A stretch of DNA of 64,000 nt from an uncultured Acidobacteriota bacterium (GTDB taxonomy: Bacteria > Acidobacteriota > UBA6911), in NCBI GenBank assembly GCA_963809485.1, contig CAWEJX010000020.1, positions 832,001-896,000 on the forward strand, in the 5' to 3' direction. The notes beneath the pieces were generated by a model, which was given only the letters and a program-made list of their open reading frames with translations, did not search any database and was not told the DNA's origin. This document shows positions 41,892-51,339 of the stretch, piece by piece. The first letter of the stretch is position 1; every line of letters starts with the position of its first letter. A program made the position numbers and the translations under genes.

Positions 41892-42624
41892 CCATCCCCC
41901 GTACAGCCCTGCATCGGGCTATGAAACCCTCAAACAATCTTTTGGAAAACATATCGAAACCAAAACTCTTCTCCGGGTGCCACTGAACTCCGAGAATCCA
42001 TTGGGCCGAGTCCCTGTGAATGACGGATTCAATAACGCCATCCGTCGCGCGCGCAATCACACTCAAGTCCTTTGCGGGACGCTCGATCGCCTGATGGTGC
42101 GTACTGTTCACACCAATTTCCCGGCTCGCGGCGATCCCTTCCAGGATCGACCCCGCGGAAATCCTGATTGCGTGGCAAGGATCGCCGTTGGTTTCCGGAG
42201 CATTGTGGCGGATCGGGCCGCCCACCGAAGTGGGTAGGTCCTGGATCAGAGTGCCTCCGAGAAACACATTCAAAGACTGGATGCCGAAGCAGATGGCCAG
42301 GACAGGGATTCTGCGCCTGAGCGCGGTTTCGAGAAGGAAAAAATCCATTTGATCACGAAGCGGCTGGGCGGGGCCGCAGGCTTCCAGACGGACAGCGCCA
42401 TACCGCGCAGGATCCAGATCGCTGTTGCTGCCGGTCAGAAGAATGCCATCCAGCCGCTCTGCAAGTGGGAGGACACTTCCGGTACTGGCAGCGAGCGGCA
42501 GGATCATGGGCACACCGCCTGCGGCCTCAATCGCATCCGGGTATTGCCGGCTTAAATACTCCCTGTCTCCGCCCGGATCCATCTGCGCCGGCATGCCGAT
42601 CCAGGGGATACGTGTCTCTGCCAT
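41872..42624 (-). CDS. Peptidase C26/PuuD-like gamma-glutamyl hydrolase (class I glutamine amidotransferase)
   Basis: AAGGVP, DGILLTG, AICFGIQ (catalytic Cys), [15 protein letters not shown]. Start at ATG 42624. Confidence 0.9.
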   Translation of the reverse strand: MAETRIPWIGMPAQMDPGGDREYLSRQYPDAIEAAGGVPMILPLAASTGSVLPLAERLDGILLTGSNSDLDPARYGAVRLEACGPAQPLRDQMDFFLLETALRRRIPVLAICFGIQSLNVFLGGTLIQDLPTSVGGPIRHNAPETNGDPCHAIRISAGSILEGIAASREIGVNSTHHQAIERPAKDLSVIARATDGVIESVIHRDSAQWILGVQWHPEKSFGFDMFSKRLFEGFIARCRAVRGMDERTDT

Positions 42625-42747
42625 TTCCCCGCCTGCAGGGTCAAAAGAGTCACATTCTACCATACAGCCCTTCCTCGGCCGAATTCCTCCCATGGTTTGA
42701 GCCGCATCCGGATTTATTCGACGCTCGGAATGCTGTACACTTGCCCA

Positions 42748-43644
42748 ATGGAACGATTGAGGCCTTACTTCCGCCGGGTGGGCAGTTGCCTGGCCGCTGC
42801 CGGCCGCATGATGCTGAAGTATGAGGTTCCAAGGGATGCGGCCGGGATCTCCTATTTCAGTCTCGTCGCGCTGCTTCCATCCATACTCGTAATGATTACG
42901 GTTGTCGATGCTTTTCTGGGATGGATGAACCTTCACGACACGGTCCTCAAGAAAACAGTGGATCTCTTCCCCCTTTCCAGCCAGTTTCTAAGTTCAACGC
43001 TGAATGAAATAACGGCCCCATCCCAGGCAGTCGTCATCTCCTGTCTGGGAGTCGTGCTGTGGTCCGCTTCCTGGATTTTTACCTTCATGGAAAACGGCAT
43101 AAACCACGCATGGGGCGTGCCCAACCGGAGAGCGTTCTGGCATAGCCGGCTGCTCGGAATCGCCTTCATGATCCTGGTCGGCGGCAGCCTGCTGTCCTCC
43201 GCCGCCATAACCGCTTTCATCAGCACCGTTCGGGCCCGCACGGACGCCCGCATTCAGGCTTCCGTTGCAGCGCATGTTTTCATCGGCTGGTTCTGGTATT
43301 TCATCCTTCTCGGGGCTGGCCTCCTGATTGCCATTCTCGTCTTTGCCCTCATCTTCAAATTGACTCCGCACTTTAGAGTTCGCTGGAGCGAAGCATTTTC
43401 CGGCGCGGCGGCAACCACGATTTTGTGGGAGATCGGCAGCCTTATTTTTATAAAGCTTGTGCCCTTTTTCAACTACCAGCGAATTTACGGCAGGATGGGC
43501 GCCGTGATCGCCCTGCTGGTCTGGGTGTATACATCGAACCTCATCATGCTTTTCGGCGCGAACTTTTCCGCTCAGCTTCACCACATAACCGTTCAAAAAC
43601 CCTATCCGGACACGGTAGTGTTTCAGAGGAAGATGGCTCGATGA
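42748..43644 (+). CDS. YihY/BrkB-family inner membrane protein
   Basis: AAGISYFSL, LWSAS, IYGRMGAVIALLVWVY...GA. Start uncertain (42697-42748). Confidence 0.88.
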   Translation: MERLRPYFRRVGSCLAAAGRMMLKYEVPRDAAGISYFSLVALLPSILVMITVVDAFLGWMNLHDTVLKKTVDLFPLSSQFLSSTLNEITAPSQAVVISCLGVVLWSASWIFTFMENGINHAWGVPNRRAFWHSRLLGIAFMILVGGSLLSSAAITAFISTVRARTDARIQASVAAHVFIGWFWYFILLGAGLLIAILVFALIFKLTPHFRVRWSEAFSGAAATTILWEIGSLIFIKLVPFFNYQRIYGRMGAVIALLVWVYTSNLIMLFGANFSAQLHHITVQKPYPDTVVFQRKMAR

Positions 43645-43705
43645 CGGCACGATGTGTCTGCTGTTCCAGCATCGGGCCGTCAGTAAACGAGAACCTTGTG
43701 AAACC

Positions 43706-44749
43706 ATGAAACTTAGCGACTTTAATTTCGATTTGCCGGAACGCTTGATAGCCCAGCATCCCGCCTCTGAGCGCGACCAATCGAGGATGATGGTGGTTTG
43801 GCGCAAAACCGGTAAAAGAGAACACCACCGCTTCATGGGATTGCCCGAAATACTGGGGCCTGAGCATTTCCTCGTCATCAACAACACCCGGGTTTTCCCC
43901 GCCCGGCTTAGGGCTGCGCGCCCGGGAAGAACCGAGGATATCGAGGTCCTGCTTCTCAAAGAGCTGGATGCTGCTGAGGGCAAATGGCTCACTCTGACTA
44001 AACCGGCGCGGAAGACCCGTCCGGGCCAGGATCTTATAATCGGCAAGCTTAATGCCAGGATTCTGGAAACCGGGGAAGCCGGCAGCCGGATTATCCAGTT
44101 CAACACCAGAGAAAACCTCCGTGCGGCTTTTGAGGCGATGGGAGAGCCTCCGCTCCCTCCCTACATCCGAAGGCGCCGGGGAGCGGATCTGGCGGAAGAC
44201 AAAATGCGGTACCAGACGGTTTACGCCCGCAGTAGCGGCTCCGTTGCCGCTCCAACCGCGGGTTTGCACTTTACCGACAATGTCCTGCGACGACTGAAAG
44301 ATCGGGGGATCCCGATCTGCGAAATTCTTCTGCATGTAGGCTACGGCACATTCCAGCCCGTCCGGTGCGAGGATATTCGCGAGCATCGGATGGAGCCGGA
44401 GTATCACGAGATCGATGCAGAGACCGCAGCGCGCATACGTGCGTGCAAAGCCGAAGGACGGCGGCTGATCGCGGTCGGGACCACAACAACCCGTTGCCTG
44501 GAGTTCCTTGCGGCAAAGGAGGGCGCATTCGAGAACGCCTCTTCCGGTTACTGCAACCTGTTTATCTATCCCGGCTTCGAGTTCAGGATGCTGGACGGCC
44601 TGCTGACCAACTTTCACCTGCCCCAATCCACTCTCTTTATGCTTACCTGCGCTTTTGCCGGCCGTGAGATGATGCTCGACTGTTACCGGGAAGCCATTGC
44701 AAAGGGCTATAGGTTTTACAGCTATGGTGACTGCATGCTTCTTCTCTGA
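43706..44749 (+). CDS. queA: tRNA preQ1 SAM ribosyltransferase-isomerase
   Basis: FNFDLPERLIAQHP, NNTRVFPAR, PLPPYI, YQTVYA, AAPTAGLHF, HVGYGTF, TNFHLP, YSYGD. Confidence 0.97.
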   Translation: MKLSDFNFDLPERLIAQHPASERDQSRMMVVWRKTGKREHHRFMGLPEILGPEHFLVINNTRVFPARLRAARPGRTEDIEVLLLKELDAAEGKWLTLTKPARKTRPGQDLIIGKLNARILETGEAGSRIIQFNTRENLRAAFEAMGEPPLPPYIRRRRGADLAEDKMRYQTVYARSSGSVAAPTAGLHFTDNVLRRLKDRGIPICEILLHVGYGTFQPVRCEDIREHRMEPEYHEIDAETAARIRACKAEGRRLIAVGTTTTRCLEFLAAKEGAFENASSGYCNLFIYPGFEFRMLDGLLTNFHLPQSTLFMLTCAFAGREMMLDCYREAIAKGYRFYSYGDCMLLL

Positions 44750-44974
44750 CAGCAGGCTTCTCTGGTTTCAGGTTTTTGACCTTCGACCTGAAACAATAAA
44801 CCCAAGGTATAAGGCATACGGATGCATTTGCGCCGCACGGCTAGGTTTATCCCCCGGCATAGCCGGCCCGACAAAGAGGCCCGATCACAACCGATAAAGG
44901 ACAAATTCGGTTATACGCGCAAAAACATCTTTTGGCTTTTTGAACTGCAGGATGCCGAATAACGAATGATGAAT

Positions 44975-45132
44975 TTCGACATTCGATATTCAGTATTTTT
45001 GCGGTCAGTGCCCCGGTAAAATGACACCCCTCAGTATTGTCGAATTGGTACGGCCTCAGCGGCAGAGCCGGTAGATGTCCCAATGGATTAGGATTAAGTA
45101 CTTTTTTTATATACATTTGGGCCATGTTCCGG
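44975..45132 (+). repeat. Dispersed repeat family B, copy 1
   Basis: Three blocks shared in order with 50487-50585: TTCGACATTCGATATT(..)CAGTATTTT; CAGAGCCGGTAGATGTCCCAATGGATTAGG; CATGTTCCGG. Confidence 0.75.
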
Positions 45133-45192
45133 TTGCTTTGGTTATACATTTGTGTTAAAGAGTAGCCCGTAGCCGATAAGACAGTGCAGAAG

Positions 45193-45220
45193 CGAAATAT
45201 CCCTAAATCCCTGACGTAAT
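45193..45220 (+). promoter_or_regulatory. Putative ECF (SigW-like) promoter
   Basis: CGAAAT-N16-CGTAAT just upstream of the anti-sigma gene; resembles TGAAAC-N16-CGTA. Confidence 0.45.
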
Positions 45221-45250
45221 AATATCCAGATGGGAAGTGAGGGTGCTGTG

Positions 45251-45751
45251 ATGGAATGCACTGGGGTGAAAAATAGCCTTTCCCGCAAAATCGACGGTGA
45301 ATTAACGGCTGACGAATGCGCTCAAGTGGATGCGCATCTGGCTCAATGTGCTTCCTGCATGCGGGAATACAGGCTCCTGGCGCTTCCTCGCCGGATTGCA
45401 GAAGCTATCCCCGCCTTAACGCCATCTCCCTATTTCTATCAATCCATCAGGGCCCGCATTGAAGGTGAGTCGCAGAGTCTTGCTGTATGGCAGGTTTTTT
45501 ACGGATTGACCCGCCGAGTTATTCCCGTGATGGCGGGCATAACGCTCGCGCTTCTTTCAGTTTTTGCCTACCTGCAGATACGCGTGTCTGAAACGGATAT
45601 TTACACGGCTTATGCCAGCGCGATCGTGAGTGAGGATCGTTCCTCCAGGCTGCTGGTGGAAGGACGGACCAGCATTACCGACGAGGGCGTTCTTCGCGCG
45701 ATCGCTGAGAGCAGCGCCGATTATGAGCGGGATTTGCCTTTGAAGAAATAG
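45251..45751 (+). CDS. Zinc-binding (zf-HC2/ZAS) transmembrane anti-sigma factor
   Basis: MEC...IDGEL...HLAQCASC (HxxxCxxC), one TM helix. Start 45230 or 45251. Confidence 0.85.
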   Translation: MECTGVKNSLSRKIDGELTADECAQVDAHLAQCASCMREYRLLALPRRIAEAIPALTPSPYFYQSIRARIEGESQSLAVWQVFYGLTRRVIPVMAGITLALLSVFAYLQIRVSETDIYTAYASAIVSEDRSSRLLVEGRTSITDEGVLRAIAESSADYERDLPLKK

Positions 45752-45786
45752 GGAACGCCTGCAGCCGAAATTTGGAAGCGGATGAA

Positions 45787-46212
45787 ATGAGATCCAAGCT
45801 AGGGGTTATTTTATTGGGTATCCTGATATTCCTGCTCGGGGGAATTGCGGGTGCAGTGACCCATTATCTATACCGGGAGCATCTGAAGGCAGCCTTCTTC
45901 AAAGCCGCAAAACGCCCTCCGGACATCGTGGGAGGCCTGGCACGGGAACTGAGGCTTGACGCCCGGCAAACCGAATTATTGCGAGCCATTTTTGACGATA
46001 GCCGCAAGCGCTATATGGATCTTTCCCAGCAATTCTGGCCGCAATACGACACGATAAGAAAAGAAACCGACCAGCAGATCAAAGACATCCTGAACGAGGA
46101 TCAGAAAGCTCGGTACGAAGCCTTTCTGAAAAAGATTCAGCCTCCCCCGCCCATGCCGCCGGATAGAGGTAAGAAGCCCAATCCGCCGCAGGATTTCAAT
46201 CCCGCGAAATGA
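45787..46212 (+). CDS. Membrane-anchored periplasmic helical protein (Spy/CpxP/heavy-metal-sensor-like)
   Basis: IFLLGGIAGA TM; LARELRLDARQ...ILNEDQ (LTxxQ-like motifs); Pro-rich tail. Typical third gene of ECF operons. Confidence 0.7.
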   Translation: MRSKLGVILLGILIFLLGGIAGAVTHYLYREHLKAAFFKAAKRPPDIVGGLARELRLDARQTELLRAIFDDSRKRYMDLSQQFWPQYDTIRKETDQQIKDILNEDQKARYEAFLKKIQPPPPMPPDRGKKPNPPQDFNPAK

Positions 46213-46245
46213 ATCCGCAGTTCCCCCGTAAAGCCATGATGCAGG

Positions 46246-47031
46246 TCAGCGTACCGTGCGGGCAACGGTCAGTATCGAAACCCGCCGGGCACCCCCTTCC
46301 AGAAGCGCCCGGGCAGCGCTTGCAGCCGTTGCGCCCGTCGTCATCACATCATCGATAAGCAGGATGCGCTTGGTTGAGACACGCCGGGGTTTCACGCAGC
46401 GAAACGCTCCCCGAACATTTTCCAGGCGCTGGGAATCGCTGAGCCCGACCTGCGGAAGGGTTGACCGGACGCGTCGCAGGATATCGTTTTCAACCGGAAC
46501 GGCAACCTGCCGCGCAAGCAGGCGCGCCAAAAGCTCCGACTGGTTGTATCCGCGGTCGCGAGTGCGTTTGGCATGAAGCGGAATGGGCGCGACCAGGTCA
46601 AATTCCTCTCTTCCCCATGAGTCATAAAAGGCATCGGCCAGGAGGGGAGCAAGAAGACCGGCAAGGTTTCGCCTGCCGAGAAATTTCAGCCCCCGTATGA
46701 TCGCGCTCAGCTCCGCAGTATAGTAGCCGAAAGACCGCGCTCCTGCATACGGCGGCGCTTGCAGGATACAGTTGCCGCAAAGGTATTCGGAATCCTCCTG
46801 GAAATTATATAAAGGCAGTCCGCAGGATGGGCACCGGGGCGGCTTGATTTTGAGGGCAACGGCTTTGTTCCAGCAGCTTGTGCAAATCCCGCAATCGGCA
46901 TGACGGGCCAGCGGAACAGCGCATATAAAGCAGTTCTCGGGGTACAGCAGGTTCAGGAGGCTGTCCAGTATCCTGCGGATGCCCGAATCCGGCACGTCCC
47001 GTGCTGTGGGAAAATATGGTTTTGGAGCCAC
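46246..47031 (-). CDS. comF: ComF-family protein (Zn-ribbon plus PRTase)
   Basis: Four CxxC pairs, PIPLH, RGYNQS, R..NVRGAF, LIDDVMTTGAT. Confidence 0.9.
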   Translation of the reverse strand: MAPKPYFPTARDVPDSGIRRILDSLLNLLYPENCFICAVPLARHADCGICTSCWNKAVALKIKPPRCPSCGLPLYNFQEDSEYLCGNCILQAPPYAGARSFGYYTAELSAIIRGLKFLGRRNLAGLLAPLLADAFYDSWGREEFDLVAPIPLHAKRTRDRGYNQSELLARLLARQVAVPVENDILRRVRSTLPQVGLSDSQRLENVRGAFRCVKPRRVSTKRILLIDDVMTTGATAASAARALLEGGARRVSILTVARTVR

Positions 47032-47185
47032 TGGAAACCGTCAAGCCCCGGAAGGCTATTGAGTTCGGAAGAACATAGAGCCGCATAAATGCTCAGCGGC
47101 CCCGGGACATGGAAGCCGGCAGTCAGAAGCCGAAAAATCCCTTCAAAAATCCGACCCAAAACAGGCCGGCCCCCCATTCAGAGAG

Positions 47186-47542
47186 TTACTCCTTCAGCAG
47201 GCCTTTCTCAAGCAGATCCTGGCACTGAATGCAAAGCGCTGTCCAAGGAACGGCTTCAAGTCTTTTCAGCTGGATTTCGTTTTCGCAGTGGACGCAGGTT
47301 CCATAGGAACTATCATCGATGCGGTCAAGCGCCTCCTGTATGAGCTGCAGAATCTGCCGGTCGCCGGCGCTCTTGCCGAACAGGAACTCCTTCGTGTACG
47401 ACTCGACGGCCATGTCGCCCATATCCTGTATGTTCTGATCCTTTTCACGGCCGTAGCCCTCGGTTCTCTGAACCATGTCGGTCAAAGAGAGTCTTTTCTG
47501 CAACAGCTTCTCTTTGAAATTGCTCAGTTGTTTCGCATCCAT
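47186..47542 (-). CDS. dksA: DksA/TraR C4 zinc-finger transcription factor
   Basis: DMGDMA (DxxDxA), ALDRI...YGTCVHC..I..KRLEAVP...CIQC. Confidence 0.85.
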   Translation of the reverse strand: MDAKQLSNFKEKLLQKRLSLTDMVQRTEGYGREKDQNIQDMGDMAVESYTKEFLFGKSAGDRQILQLIQEALDRIDDSSYGTCVHCENEIQLKRLEAVPWTALCIQCQDLLEKGLLKE

Positions 47543-47609
47543 GGTATCTATCCCTGCTCCATTCCAGCCGTTCCATCGGGCAGCGGTTCGTCTTCCGCCT
47601 CAGATTCAT

Positions 47610-48095
47610 TCAACTTTGGCGGACGCCCTTGTGATAGGGAATCCGCCGCATGATACACAAAGCGCGGTAAACCTGCTCGAGCAAAAGCGCCCGGCACATT
47701 TCATGAGTCCAGGTCATCTTCCCCAGGGATAGGACGGTGTTGGCCCGGCTGCAAATTGCGGGACTCAGGCCTTCCGGGCCCCCGATGACGAAAGTGACCG
47801 CACGTGCCCCGGCATTCTGCTCGGTTTCAAGCCAGCGGGCAAAACCAGGTGAAGTGTATTGCATGCCCGTTTCATCAAGCGCAACCAGCCGCCCGTGCTC
47901 CGGCAGATGCCTGGCGAGTTCCTCCCCTTCCAGGGAGACGAGATGAACCGCATCCAGAGACCGTCCTTTTGCCGGATCCCGCAGCTCCAAAACTTCGCAG
48001 GGCACCATGCGGCGAATTCTATCCAGATAGTCCGCCATCAGCTCTCTTATCGATGCGTTCTTCGTCTTCCCGATCCATAGAAATTTTAATTGCAT
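47610..48095 (-). CDS. rlmH: 23S rRNA m3Psi1915 methyltransferase
   Basis: IGK, LDETG, FVIGGPEG, SLGKMTWTHE, EQVYRA...PYHK. Confidence 0.95.
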   Translation of the reverse strand: MQLKFLWIGKTKNASIRELMADYLDRIRRMVPCEVLELRDPAKGRSLDAVHLVSLEGEELARHLPEHGRLVALDETGMQYTSPGFARWLETEQNAGARAVTFVIGGPEGLSPAICSRANTVLSLGKMTWTHEMCRALLLEQVYRALCIMRRIPYHKGVRQS

Positions 48096-48125
48096 AGAAC
48101 AAAGGAGCCTGTCGGAAACTGGAAC

Positions 48126-48515
48126 CTACCGGATCTTTTTGGCTTTCCTCTCGCCCGGCTTCGGCTTTTCCCGGAGCATCTCCTCTACATCCAGTTTTTT
48201 CCCATCTCTCCAAAGCCTCTCCAGATCGTAATAGATTCGGGCATTCTTCGAGAAAATGTGGACCACCAGATCGATGTAATCCATCAGAATCCATTCCGCA
48301 TTCTGATAGCCTTCCACATGGGACGGCCGGATGCCGCATGCCTTGAGCCGTTGCTCCACCTCATCGGCGATTGCCTGCATCTGGCGCGAAGAATCCCCTG
48401 TGCAGATTAGGAAGTGATCGGCAAAGGAGGCGATTGCTGAAATATCCAGTGCGACGAGGTCATGAGCCTTCTTATCATCCGCTGCTTTGAGGGCAATCTT
48501 CAGGGCATCAGTCAT
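48126..48515 (-). CDS. rsfS: Ribosome silencing factor
   Basis: DKKAHD, DHFLICTG, WILMDYIDLVVHIF..R.YYDLERLW. Confidence 0.95.
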   Translation of the reverse strand: MTDALKIALKAADDKKAHDLVALDISAIASFADHFLICTGDSSRQMQAIADEVEQRLKACGIRPSHVEGYQNAEWILMDYIDLVVHIFSKNARIYYDLERLWRDGKKLDVEEMLREKPKPGERKAKKIR

Positions 48516-49198
48516 CTTCCACCATACAAATGAAGTTTTTGGATATATTCGCTCACGGGACCGGGTACCTTCCTGTGAATGGGCTTCCCCGCGCTTACCA
48601 GGTCCCGTATGCCGGTTGCGGAGATATTCGGGGCGCCTACATCCACAATATAGATATGACTTTCGCCTTTAGCCTCTTCCGCCAGGCGGCGCCGTATCTC
48701 AGCCTCGTCCAAGCCGGTGAAATCGCGCACGCGGCCCGCGGCTTGCGCGGGGAGCACCTTGACAGGATTGGCAGCCGCCGTCCCGGGGCGGAGGGCGAAA
48801 ATGAAATTATAGGCGGTCAAAAGCTTCTCGCTTTCACGCCAGGACTTCACCTCGAGCAATGAGTCGCCGCCGGCTATGAAGAAAAGCACCCCGTGAGTCT
48901 GCTCGACCTGGCGCGCCAGCTTGCTCATCGTGTCGACGGAAAATGAACTGGCTTGCGGCTCCAGTTCCACGAGAGAAGGAACGAACGCAGGCTCCTCGGC
49001 CGTTGCCAGGCTGACCATCGCATACCGGTGCAGAAGCGGTATCAGCTCTTCCAAAGGCTTGTGCGGAGGTGTCGTGGCCACAACAAAGCGCACTTCGGAA
49101 AGGGAAAAAAGCTGTCGCACAGACCGGGCGATATGCAGGTGCCCGAAATGGACCGGATTGAATGTGCCGCCCAACACTCCCATCCTGACAATTGCCAA
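48512..49198 (-). CDS. nadD: Nicotinate-nucleotide adenylyltransferase
   Basis: GGTFNPVHFGH, PPHK, GGDSL...W, ISATGIR. Start probably the TTG at 49198, after GGGAGG. Confidence 0.93.
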   Translation of the reverse strand: MAIVRMGVLGGTFNPVHFGHLHIARSVRQLFSLSEVRFVVATTPPHKPLEELIPLLHRYAMVSLATAEEPAFVPSLVELEPQASSFSVDTMSKLARQVEQTHGVLFFIAGGDSLLEVKSWRESEKLLTAYNFIFALRPGTAAANPVKVLPAQAAGRVRDFTGLDEAEIRRRLAEEAKGESHIYIVDVGAPNISATGIRDLVSAGKPIHRKVPGPVSEYIQKLHLYGGR

Positions 49199-49373
49199 TG
49201 CGCGCGACCTCCCGGCCCATAGAGTATCAACAGCCTGCCTAAAATTGCACGAACTCAGTTTCTCTGCCACACTGGATTTCGCGGCTGCCTTTTCCCCTTT
49301 GATGAAATTCAGACATTCATAATATTTAATTCGGGGAGAAAAAGGGAACATCCTATGCAGGATTTTTTCCAGC

Positions 49374-50366
49374 TCAGTCGGCCAGCATCCTGTCCAGGGT
49401 TCTTACAAGCTCCTGGATTCCCTGTCCTGTGACGGCGGAAATGGACAGAAAAGGCAGCTTGCGCCGGGTGCACATGGCTTTGAGGCGCGACAGCCTGCGG
49501 GGATCGTCCACAACATCCATTTTTGACGCGACCACCAGCTGCTTCCGTTCCAGAAGGTCGCTGTTAAACAGGGCAAGTTCCCTGACGATAGTCCGGTAGT
49601 CCGAAACCGGATCCCGGGCCGGGTCTGAAGCATCGATCAGATGGACCAGCACCCGCGTCCGCTCCACATGCTTTAAAAACTGGTCTCCCAATCCGCGGCC
49701 CGCATGCGCACCTGCAACCAGACCCGGAATATCAGCAACCACAAAGCTCCGGTATTCGTCGACCCGCACAACCCCGAGGTGCGGCACAAGCGTTGTAAAG
49801 GCATAATCGGCGATTTTGGGCTTTGCCGAGCTGATGCGCGAGATGAGAGTCGACTTGCCGACGTTGGGGAACCCGACCAGGCCGACATCCGCGATGAGCT
49901 TGAGGCTCAGCGACAACTCCATCTCTTCACCGGCCTGTCCCGGCTCGACCCGCCTGGGCGCCTGGTTGACCGAAGTGGCAAAACGGGCGTTGCCTCTCCC
50001 TCCACGGCCTCCGGCCGCGATTTTCAGCCGTTCGCCAATCCTTGAAAAATCGTACATCATCACGTGTTCCGGTTCTCTGAAAACCTGGGTGCCCGGCGGG
50101 ATGAGAATCGTGAGATCCTGTCCATCCTTGCCGTGCCGATTGTCCCCTTCTCCATGGCGCCCGCGCTGTGCCTTAAAAATGCGCTTGTATTGAAAATGAA
50201 GGAGCGTATTCACCCGCGCGGAGCATTCCAGATAAACATCTCCTCCCCTCCCGCCATCGCCGCCGCTGGGCCCGCCCTTGGGCACAAACTTCTCCCGGCG
50301 GAAGGCAAGGCAGCCGTTGCCTCCGTTTCCTGCAATTACCTGTATTTTTGCCCGATCAATGAACAA
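49374..50366 (-). CDS. obgE: GTPase Obg
   Basis: [41 protein letters not shown]. Confidence 0.97.
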   Translation of the reverse strand: MFIDRAKIQVIAGNGGNGCLAFRREKFVPKGGPSGGDGGRGGDVYLECSARVNTLLHFQYKRIFKAQRGRHGEGDNRHGKDGQDLTILIPPGTQVFREPEHVMMYDFSRIGERLKIAAGGRGGRGNARFATSVNQAPRRVEPGQAGEEMELSLSLKLIADVGLVGFPNVGKSTLISRISSAKPKIADYAFTTLVPHLGVVRVDEYRSFVVADIPGLVAGAHAGRGLGDQFLKHVERTRVLVHLIDASDPARDPVSDYRTIVRELALFNSDLLERKQLVVASKMDVVDDPRRLSRLKAMCTRRKLPFLSISAVTGQGIQELVRTLDRMLAD

Positions 50367-50486
50367 TGGCGAAATCCTGCCGCTCCCGGTTCGGGGATCC
50401 GGCGCGCTACATGTGATGCTGCAATAATATTGCTGGTCCTGGAACCCAGAAGCAAGGAGTTAGAAGTCCGGTCCTAACCTCTGCGG

Positions 50487-50585
50487 TTCGACATTCGATA
50501 TTTGATATTCAGTATTTTACTCATTGTCAGAACCGGTGGATCTCCCAATGGCTTGGGGATTTCGCCGACCTCCGGCATGTTCCGG
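50487..50585 (+). repeat. Dispersed repeat family B, copy 2
   Basis: TTCGACATTCGATATTTGATATTCAGTATTTT; CAGAACCGGTGGATCTCCCAATGGCTTGGG; CATGTTCCGG. Confidence 0.75.
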
Positions 50586-50587
50586 AT

Positions 50588-50615
50588 AAAAAAAAAGGAC
50601 CCCGAAATGGGGTCC
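50588..50615 (-). terminator. Intrinsic terminator after rpmA
   Basis: Minus strand GGACCCC-ATTTC-GGGGTCC followed by T9. Confidence 0.9.
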
Positions 50616-50643
50616 CGCCGGCACCGGCAATAATCCCGGCTCA

Positions 50644-50901
50644 TCAGGCTTGCGTCTCAATGTGCACGAATTTGCCCAGGCGGCCCCGGTCCTGAAATTT
50701 TACGATTCCGGACACTTTGGCAAACAGCGTGTCGTCGCTGCCGATACCGACATTCAGCCCGGGTTTATACCGGGTGCCTCTCTGCCGGACGATAATAGTT
50801 CCGCCATTCACAAGCTGACCGGCAAAACGTTTAATGCCCAGCCTTTGGGCCTGGCTGTCTCTTCCGTTCCTGGAGCTCCCCACTCCCTTTTTGTGTGCCA
50901 T
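50644..50901 (-). CDS. rpmA: 50S ribosomal protein L27
   Basis: [33 protein letters not shown]. Confidence 0.98.
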   Translation of the reverse strand: MAHKKGVGSSRNGRDSQAQRLGIKRFAGQLVNGGTIIVRQRGTRYKPGLNVGIGSDDTLFAKVSGIVKFQDRGRLGKFVHIETQA

Positions 50902-50910
50902 AGGTACCTC

Positions 50911-51228
50911 TTAGCCTGCTGAATTGATTTTTTCGATGAGGACTTGCGAATGCTGCTGGCGATGCCCGCGGGTGCGGCGATACTGCTTCTTTTTCTTGTT
51001 TTTGAAAACCAGGACCTTGTCGTCCTTGCCCTGGGACTGCAGGACGCCCAGCACCGACGCTCCCTCAACCAGGGGCCGGCCGATGATAGTCTTATCTTCC
51101 GTCTTTATCAGAAGCACGTCCTTGAACTCGACCGGAGCGCCCTGCTCAATGTCGAGCTTCTCCACACGGATCACTTCCCCTTCGGAAACGCGATACTGCT
51201 TTCCGCCGCTCATTATGACTGCATACAC
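50911..51228 (-). CDS. rplU: 50S ribosomal protein L21
   Basis: MYAVI..GGKQYRV, VEKL, GHRQ. Confidence 0.98.
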   Translation of the reverse strand: MYAVIMSGGKQYRVSEGEVIRVEKLDIEQGAPVEFKDVLLIKTEDKTIIGRPLVEGASVLGVLQSQGKDDKVLVFKNKKKKQYRRTRGHRQQHSQVLIEKINSAG

Positions 51229-51339
51229 GGTTTCACCTCCTGGGGCGAAATAGGTGATTTAACCAAGAAGCGGCCCAAAAGGCAATACCAAATCCAGCCT
51301 AAGCCGACGAAATTTGCACGTTCTGCCGGCAGAGCGCTA

